Below are positions 1 through 6,109 of a stretch of 6,892 nucleotides of DNA, in pieces (position 1 is the first letter of the stretch; every line of letters begins with the position of its first letter). The translations under genes were made by a program, and so were the position numbers. The notes beneath the pieces were generated by a model. That model saw only the letters and a program-made list of their open reading frames with translations. It was not told where the DNA came from and did no database searches. This DNA is from Octopus sinensis (lineage: Eukaryota): assembly GCF_006345805.1 (NCBI RefSeq), contig NW_021829192.1, positions 1 through 6,892 of the forward strand. The letters run 5' to 3'.

Positions 1-330
1 ATCATCATCATCATCACCACCCACCATCCATCATCAGCATCATCCCCCTCATCCCCACTTTCTATTCCTTCTCATCATCATCTCACTTCTTCATTTCTCA
101 TCCATTCATTTCCCATAATTCCACAGATTTATCACCCCTCATCTCTGCGTCCCCCTCTTCCACCACATCCTTTCCTTCTCCCTCCTACTCCCCCTCCTCT
201 TCCACCACCACATTATACTCTTCCTGTACCTCACCCTCCAATTCATCCTCCTCCTCTGCCTTACACTCTTTCTCCACCTATGCCTCTTCCTCCTCATCCT
301 CACCCTCAAGAACACTGTCTCTCATTTATA
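1..330. repeat. C/T-rich low-complexity tract beginning with (ATC)n
   Basis: Only 7 G in bases 1-300 on the + strand; CAT/CCT/CTC micro-repeats; no sustained ORF seen. Confidence 0.85.
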
Positions 331-399
331 AATGTCCATTGTCTTTTCCTGGTGGTTATCAACTCCATGGCACCGGAGCCATGTGGGCCACTTTTCACT

Positions 400-690
400 T
401 CATGTGGTTTTTCAATTCAGTCCCATTGCAAGGCACCTTGAGCAGATATCTTTGCTATAGCCCCAAGACATCGAATGTCATGGCAGCAACTGAAAGAATC
501 TCGCCATTAGCACACACACATGTGTATGTGTACATGCCTTCTTGTGTTGACATTGATTGTTGTAAATGAGTGTCTCTGCCATATACAAGCAGTGTTGTTC
601 ATTGTAAGTCTTCAGTCAAAACATGTCGGGCCACGAAGCAACATTACCTTGTTTGGAAAGAGGCAAGGGTTGGTAACAGGTAGGGCACTT
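400..690 (+). mobile_element. Decayed tRNA-derived SINE body (CORE/Ceph-like) with RTE-related downstream motif
   Basis: 416-441 TTCAGTCCCATTGCAAGGCACCTTG matches the SINE at 1398-1422 (TTCAGTCTCACGGCATGGCACCTTG); internal (CA)/(TG) microsatellite at 511-530; 668-687 GGTTGGTAACAGGTAGGGCA matches 15/20 to a motif in both LINE 3' UTRs. Family name and boundaries are approximate, from recall. Confidence 0.55.
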
Positions 691-717
691 AGATTTAGGT
701 TAAATTGCACTGTACAA

Positions 718-738
718 ATATATATATATATATATATA
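718..738. repeat. (TA)10 microsatellite
   Basis: Direct reading. Confidence 0.98.
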
Positions 739-935
739 AAGTTAATCCAAACAAGAAAGCACAAAAAACACAACAACGCGAGGACGTGGAACAAATATAG
801 TATTATTGGACGCTCAGGAGAGAAGGAGGGTCTAACGTTTCGAGCGGAGCTCTTCGTCGGAAACATAGGAGAAGGAAAGATCCAGAGAAGGGAAGACAGA
901 GGAAAAAAATCGCCAACGGTACACACGAGGTGGGT
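739..935 (-). mobile_element. Candidate Penelope-like pLTR / non-autonomous remnant carrying a hammerhead-like motif
   Basis: On the - strand: polypyrimidine run, then hammerhead-like core (864-830), then ~90 nt running into (TA)n. Minimal type I hammerheads are an established hallmark of Penelope-like elements. No PLE RT or GIY-YIG coding remnant seen; boundaries approximate. Confidence 0.5.
830..864 (-). ncRNA. Minimal type I hammerhead ribozyme-like variant
   Basis: - strand: GUUU-CCGACGA-A-GAGC(UCC)GCUC-GAAA-CG-UU-AGAC. Stem I GUUU/AGAC (one G.U), 4-bp stem II, palindromic ACGU stem III. Deviates from canon by U4->C, one extra A and H17=U. Confidence 0.55.
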
Positions 936-939
936 GAAT

Positions 940-1326
940 GAATTATCCTATGTTTACCATTAACATGGAAAATTCAATGAACCGTTACCAGGGTAGCAAC
1001 ATTTTTTTAATCAACGTATCCCTCTCTATTTGTTCTCTACTTATTATTCCTTTAACCTTTCTCTTCCTACTATCTGCCTTTGACGTCGAATCTACTAACG
1101 TTTTTTTTAAATACTTAATAACATTCTGTTTATCATTTAGGCAGTCATCGTAATTGTTATAATGTCTTGTTGTTGAGAGAGGCTCTCTTTCTTTCCTGAT
1201 GAGAAGATTGCATCTTATACCGTTTATTCCTTTGGAATAAAACCAATGTTGTCTTCGAAACGTATGTCGAAAGTAAAAGAATTTTATTAACATCTTCATT
1301 CAACTCCATTTATTTATTTATTCATT
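940..1326 (+). mobile_element. Candidate second Penelope-like/retrozyme remnant
   Basis: Pyrimidine-rich leader (~1015-1085 and 1184-1195), canonical hammerhead core, AT-rich 3' part running into (TA)n. Element identity inferred only from ribozyme and layout; left boundary uncertain. Confidence 0.4.
1186..1280 (+). ncRNA. Type I hammerhead ribozyme with extended stem II
   Basis: Stem I CUUUC 1191-1195 / GAAAG 1269-1273, extendable by UCUUU 1186-1190 / AAAGA 1276-1280 across a 2-nt bulge; CUGAUGA 1196-1202; stem II GAAGAU 1203-1208 / GUCUUC 1251-1256 with G10.1-C11.1; GAAA 1257-1260; stem III ACG/UGU; GUC cleavage triplet 1266-1268. Confidence 0.78.
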
Positions 1327-1349
1327 TATATATATATATATATATATAT
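1327..1349. repeat. (TA)11 microsatellite
   Basis: Direct reading. Confidence 0.98.
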
Positions 1350-1422
1350 GAGTGGCTGTGTGGTAAGTAGCTTGCTTACCAACCACATGGTCCTGGGTTC
1401 AGTCTCACGGCATGGCACCTTG
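1350..1422 (+). mobile_element. tRNA-derived SINE head, 3'-truncated
   Basis: Pol III A-box-like TGGCTGTGTGG 1353-1363 and B-box-like GGTTCAGTCTC 1396-1406, followed by GGCACCTTG (shared with 432-440), then truncated. Confidence 0.7.
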
Positions 1423-1424
1423 TT

Positions 1425-1592
1425 TGGTGACAAGTTTCCTCAAATCACAAGAATCTTTCTTAGGATTTTTGTAGAATACAAAATGAGCCTTTTCTGCAGC
1501 TCAACAACATGAGTTTCTATTCCAATCTCTTTCAGTCTTTTATGGAGCAATTTGGGTGTTGTTTCCCGCTCTATCCTTCTACAATGATCCAA
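1425..1592 (-). pseudogene. C-terminal relic of a restriction-like endonuclease (R4/Dong/NeSL-type) non-LTR retrotransposon ORF
   Basis: - frame 1559-1440 reads TPKLLHKRLKEIGIETHVVELQKRLILYSTKILRKILVI*, with IIV upstream in another frame. This resembles the IIVGALG..PK...L..LGI......LQK..L....ILRK.L terminus of RLE-type elements. Not in the ORF track (short, no Met). Confidence 0.55.
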
Positions 1593-1617
1593 TGTCATCA
1601 TCATCATCATCGTTTAA

Positions 1618-1649
1618 CGTCCGCTTTCCATGCTAGCATGGGTTGGACG
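1618..1649 (-). other. LINE 3'-terminal stem-loop (copy 1)
   Basis: Outer arms CGTCC/GGACG enclose the perfect 14-bp palindrome CCATGCTAGCATGG (1628-1641); identical in copy 2. Confidence 0.7.
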
Positions 1650-1770
1650 ATTTGACTGCGGGCTGGTGAACCAGATGGTTGCACCAGGCTCCAATCATGA
1701 TCTGGCAGAGTTTCTACAGCTGAATGCCCTTCCTAACGCCAACCACTCTGAGAGTGTAGTGGGTGCTTTT

Positions 1771-1923
1771 ACGTGTCACCATCATGAGGGCCAGTCAGGC
1801 GATGCTGGCAATGGCCATGCTCAAATGATGTTTTTTATATGCCACCTGCACAGGAACCAGTCCAGCGGCACTGATAACGACCTCACTCAAATGTTTTTTT
1901 CCCGTGCCACCAGCACGAGTGCC
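1771..1923. repeat. Diverged ~66-bp tandem units in copy 1 3' UTR (2 full + 1 partial)
   Basis: Units start at ~1771, 1837, ~1902 with (A/C)(C/T)(G/A)TG(C/T)CACC and end in T-runs; homologous to 2695-2975. Confidence 0.75.
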
Positions 1924-2022
1924 TCAACAGGTCGTCACAAGCAGAGTTTAGTGTCCAAAGAAGGAAAAGGTATGCATAAGTGGGCTGGTTACACCCGCGG
2001 TATAGGCCACGAGGTTATGGTC

Positions 2023-2419
2023 TCACTTGGCTTGCCAGGTCTTCTCAAGCACAGAATATTTCCAAAGGTCTCGGTCACTAGTCATTGCCTCAGTGAGGCC
2101 CAATGTTCGAAGGTCGTGCTTCACCACTTCATCCCAGGTCTTCCTCGGTCTACCTCTTCCACAGGTTCCCTCAACCACTAGGGTGTGGCACTTTTTCACA
2201 AGCTATCTTCATCCATTCTCGCCACATGACCATACCAGTGCAGTCATCTCTCTTGCACACCACATCTGATGCTTCTTAGGTCCAACTTTTCTCTCAAGGT
2301 ACTTACACTCTCTCGAGTATGCACACTGACATTACACATCCATCGGAGCATAGTGGCTTCATTCCTCACAAGGTTACGCATGTCCTCAGCAGTCACGGCC
2401 CATGTTTCCCTGCCACGTA
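2023..2419 (-). pseudogene. Disrupted C-terminal fragment of RTE ORF (copy 1)
   Basis: ETWAVTAEDMRNLVRNEATMLRWMCNVS...; CGA->TGA stop at 2244-2246 where copy 2 has CGA; 1-nt deletion near 2200; terminal TGA at 2023-2025. Confidence 0.88.
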
Positions 2420-2544
2420 CCTTGAGATATTCCAGCATCCCTCTCCACTTCTGTTGTCTTCACAGCCTCCCAACTATCCAGCTTTGTATCCCTATTACAA
2501 ACCATCTGGGCTTGTTCATCATCATCATCATCATCATCGTTTAA

Positions 2545-2576
2545 CGTCCGCTTTCCATGCTAGCATGGGTTGGACG
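2545..2576 (-). other. LINE 3'-terminal stem-loop (copy 2)
   Basis: CGTCC 2545-2549 / GGACG 2572-2576 around palindrome 2555-2568. Confidence 0.7.
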
Positions 2577-2694
2577 GTTCAACTGGGGTCTGGCAAGCCC
2601 GAAGGCTGCACCAGGCCAGTCAGATCTGGCAGTGTTTCTACAGCTGGATGCCCTTCCTAACGCCAACCACTCCGAGAGTGTAGTGGGTGATTTT

Positions 2695-2975
2695 ATGTGC
2701 CACCGACACAGGTGCCAGACGAGGCTGGCAGACGGCCACGCTCGGATGGTGTTTTTATGTGCCACCGACACAGGTGCCAGACGAGGCTGGCTGACGGCCA
2801 CGCTCGGATGGTGTTTTCTTATGTGTCACCGACACAGGTGCCAGACGGGGCTGGCGGACGGCCACGCTCGGATGGTGTTTGTTATGTGCCCTCAGCACGG
2901 AGGCCAGTCGTTGCGGTACTGGCTACGATCACGTTCGGATGGTTTTCTTATGTGCCACCGGCACTGGTACCACAG
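2695..2975. repeat. GC-rich 62-66-bp minisatellite in copy 2 3' UTR (4 full units + partial)
   Basis: Units start at 2695, 2757, 2821, 2884, 2950 (periods 62, 64, 63, 66); units 1-3 nearly identical, unit 4 diverged. Confidence 0.95.
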
Positions 2976-3004
2976 GATACAAATTCCATTGATGTTCATC
3001 TATT

Positions 3005-3046
3005 TTGATTTGGTTCGATTTGATTTGATTTGATTTGATTCGATTC
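3005..3046. repeat. Pentamer microsatellite (TTGAT)8, i.e. (ATCAA)n in LINE sense
   Basis: TTGAT TTGGT TCGAT TTGAT TTGAT TTGAT TTGAT TCGAT. Confidence 0.95.
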
Positions 3047-3144
3047 TCACTTGCCTCAACAGGTCTTCACAAGTGTCACAAGAAGGAAGGTATGCACAGG
3101 TGGACTGACTACGTCCCAGGTAGGGGCCACGGATTATGGCTTCA

Positions 3145-5930
3145 CTAGTCTTGCCGGGTCTTCTCACGCACAGCATACTTCCATAGGTCTCGGTCTCTAG
3201 TCATTTCCATGGTGAGACCTAACGTCCGAAGGTCGTGCTTCACACCACTTCCCCAGGTTTTCCTGGGTCTACCTCTTCCACGGGTTCCCTCAACTGCTAG
3301 GGATTGGCACTTTCTCACACACCTATCTTCATCCATTCTCGCCACATGACCATACCAGCGCAATCGTCTCTCTTGCACACAACAACTGATGCTTCTTAGG
3401 TACACATTTCTCTCAAGGTACTAACGCTCTGTCGAGTAAGTACACTGACATTACACATCCATCGGAGCATACTGGCTTCGTTCCTCACAAGCTTACGCAT
3501 GTCCTCAGCAGTCACGGCCCATGTTTCACTGCCATGTAGCATAGCTGTTCGTACACATGCATCATACAGTCTGCCTTTTACTCTGAGCGAGAGGCCTTTA
3601 GTCACCAGCAGAGGTAAGAGCTCCCTAAACTTTGCCCAGGCTATTCTTATTCTAGCAGTTACACTTTCAGCGCACCCGCCCCCACTACTGACTTGGTCAC
3701 CTAGATAGCGGAAGCTATCAACTACTTCTAGTTTTTCCCCCCGAAAGTGACGGAAGTTGTTTTCTGCAGATTTTCGGAGGTCAATGCTCCAGAGCATCTG
3801 CCACATACAAAAACTATCTTCCCAGTTAGCCTACCTTTGACATTGCTGCACCTCTTATGTGTCCATAGCTTACACTGGGTACATCTTATAGAGTTTCTAC
3901 CTACACCTTTTCTACAGATCGAGCAGGGCCATCTTCCTGAGGATATTTGTGGATTTTCTACCTTTCTACTTATTAGTACTTTGGTTTTAGCTAGGTTGAC
4001 TCTAAGGCCCCTCGATTCTAAACCCTCCTTCCACACCTGGAACTTCTCCTCCAGTTCTGATAGTGACTCAGCGATTAGAGCGAGGTCGTCAGCATAGAGG
4101 AGCTCCCAGGGGCAACCTGTCTTGAATTCCTCCACAATTGCCTGGAGGACTATGATAAATAGGAGGGGGCTGAGTACTGAACCCTGGTGGACCCCAACCT
4201 CTACCTTGAATTCTTCTGTGTACATGCTGCCAACTCTAACCTTACTTACGGCATCTCTGTACATGGCTTGCACAGCCCTCACCAGCCATTCATCTATCCC
4301 TAGTTTCCTCATTGACCACCAGATGAGGGATCGGGGGACCCTATCAAAGGCTTTCTCCATGTCAACGAAAGCCAGGTACAGGGGCTTATCTTTGGCTAGG
4401 TATTTCTCCTGCAGCTGCCTTACCAGGAATATAGCATCAGTGGTGCTTTTCCCTGGGACAAACCCAAACTGCATCTCATCTAAACTAACTCTCTCTCTAA
4501 TTAGTTGGGCTATGACCCTCTCCGTAACCTTCATTACCTGATCCAACAGCTTGATACCTCTGTAATTATTTGTATCCAGGGCATCACCTTTGTAGCAGTT
4601 GACTAGTATGCTGCTACACCAGTCATTGGGTATGACTCCTTCGTGTATCACCTGGTTGACTATACGGGTGACTAGGTTATAGCCGACACTGCCAGATATT
4701 TTGAGCATCTCTGCAGTAATTCCTGATGGGCCTGGGGCTTTCCCTGTCTTCATGCTTCTAATTGCCTTAGCTACCGCGGAACTATCAACTCGGATAGCTG
4801 GTCCCTCTGTTGGGTCAACATTCGGCAGACTCTCTTTATCCCATTCATTTTCTTATTCAGCAACCTTCATAGTGGCATCTCCAAACCTCTCTCTTTGCAT
4901 CCTCATTTAGCGCAAGTGAACCATCATCCATGCGAACACACTTCTCTCCTACCACATCACGATTCTCTCTCACACACTGTCTTGCAACACGAAATACCTC
5001 AAGTCTTTCATCCTCACGGCTCAGAACATTGGCAAATTTTTCTTATCCGCTTCCCCTCTGGCTAAATAAACCTGTCTCCTAGCTTCCCTTTTGGCTGTCT
5101 GATACAATTCCCTGCTACCACCGTTCTTCCAGTCCTTCCAAGCCTGTCTCTTTTGTCTAATAGCCCTGTCAACCACAGTGTTCCACCACCATGTTACTCT
5201 GGGTCGAGATGGTACTTTGCTCCATCCACAGATCTGGTCAGTGGCTGTCAGCAGATTGTCCCGTAGGAATCTCCAGTTGTCTTCCACATTAAGTGAAGCT
5301 ATATCCCCTTCTATTTCGTCAGAGGCTTCGAGTAGTATGTCTCTAAATCTCTGTCCATTTGCAGGATCTTTAAGCTTCCAGACCCTTCTCCTCCAAGCTG
5401 GTCTTCTTCTGGGCAACCATTTAGCTCTGATCCTGAAGTCGCTAACTACTAATCTATGTTGGGGAGTACATTCTTTGCCTGGGAAGGTTTTGGATTTATA
5501 ATCAGCCCTCTTTCCCTTTTTCTGGCAAGGATGTAGTCAATCTGGCTGGTGTGTCTGCCAGAACGGTAGGTGACTAGGTGAGAGGTGGGTTTCCTGAAGT
5601 GGGTATTGCAGACCATAAGGTCATTTGCATCGCAGAACTCCAGCAGCCTGGTTCCTCCTCATTTCGAGAGCCAAACCGTAGCCTCCATGGACGCCATGGA
5701 AGCCCCCGACATGTCGTCCAACATGTCCATTGAAATCACCTGCCACGAAGAGAAGGTCACTGTCATTTGTCAATGAGGTAGTCCGCAATAGGGTGTCATA
5801 GAATTGGTCTTTTTGTCCTTCCGGTAGCCCTGGTTGAGGGGCATATGCCGAGATGATGGTAGCTGTCCTATGGTGAAGAACTAATCTAATTTTAATTACT
5901 CTGTCACTTACTCTGACTACCTCGATTAAC
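3145..5930 (-). pseudogene. Frameshifted APE-endonuclease/reverse transcriptase ORF of RTE LINE
   Basis: APE motifs SAYAPQ, AGDFNGHVG (GDFN 5729-5740), SQIDYIL, QHRLVV (~5456); RT motifs KAPGPSG, NYRGIKLL, QFGF, FVDMEKAFD, GVHQGSVLSP, YADD (4085-4096), YLG; RTE C-terminus RLRWYGHVARM...RGRGRPRKTW. Reassembled from track ORFs 5621-5998 (really - strand), 5021-5416, 3728-4753, 3396-3806, 3145-3405 plus short links across eight -1 frameshifts. Confidence 0.95.
3794..3931 (-). other. PHD-type C4HC3 zinc finger inserted within the RT domain
   Basis: WPCSICRKGVGRNSIRCTQCKLWTHKRCSNVKGRLTGKIVFVCGRC = C-x2-C-x10-C-x2-C-x4-H-x2-C-x14-C-x2-C, with PHD-typical W-x-H and an aromatic before the last Cys pair. 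Confidence 0.85.
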
Positions 5931-6109
5931 AGGGTTCCTTCATCACAATCCAGCATCTCAACGCAGGACAGAAAACCATCATCTTTGCCTTCTCTCAAAT
6001 ACTAATACCCTTCTATTTAGTGAAAGAGGCTTTTCCCTTCTTTCCCCTTATTCATTTTTCCCCTTTTTCCTGTTCCTTTCTTTTGCCTTACAAGTTACTT
6101 GTCACCATC

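Larger units (their letters stand above)
1595..2419 (-). mobile_element. RTE-clade LINE copy 1, heavily 5'-truncated
   Basis: (GAT)5 tail at 1595-1609; 3' UTR and RT C-terminus homologous to copy 2 (2516 onward); homology ends at ~2419 (ETWAVTAEDM region). Confidence 0.92.
2516..5930 (-). mobile_element. RTE-clade LINE copy 2 (APE-RT), 5'-truncated inside the APE domain
   Basis: (GAT)7 tail at 2516-2536; ~600-nt 3' UTR; single APE-RT ORF. Protein homology stops at IEVVRVSDR (~5930), so the APE N-terminus and 5' UTR are missing. Confidence 0.95.

Noticed and set aside
31-37. CTGATGA on the - strand as a third hammerhead core
   Set aside because: Embedded in (GAT)n low complexity; no stem II or GAAA within the window.
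339-1299. Track ORFs 339-569, 520-963, 612-926, 938-1153, 985-1299
   Set aside because: They run through SINE, microsatellite (IYIYIY) and ribozyme sequence, with no recognisable domains.
2508-2521. Possible TSD for LINE copy 2 (GGGCTTGTTCATCA vs GGGTTCCTTCATCA at ~5932-5945)
   Set aside because: Only 11/14 identical, and half the match is tail-like sequence.
2319-2660. ORF with a poly-His run
   Set aside because: The His run is the antisense reading of the LINE (GAT)n tail.
2600-2690. HDV-like ribozyme in the GGAAGGGCATCCAGC region
   Set aside because: I could not build the P1/P1.1/P2 double pseudoknot; the candidate L3 is too short and no GG follows. The LINE 5' UTR, where RTE HDV-like ribozymes occur, is truncated away.
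2695-2975. CRISPR-like array
   Set aside because: Whole units are repeated with no unique spacers, and the context is eukaryotic.
3732-3742. Programmed -1 frameshift at GGGGGGAAAAAC (also AAGAAAAAT at 5037-5044)
   Set aside because: Neither forms an in-frame X XXY YYZ heptamer, and six similar lesions elsewhere point to deletion or error.
3499-5776. + strand ORFs 3499-3708, 3747-4097, 4122-4541, 4701-4910, 5178-5501, 5585-5776
   Set aside because: Antisense shadows of the RT/APE coding strand.
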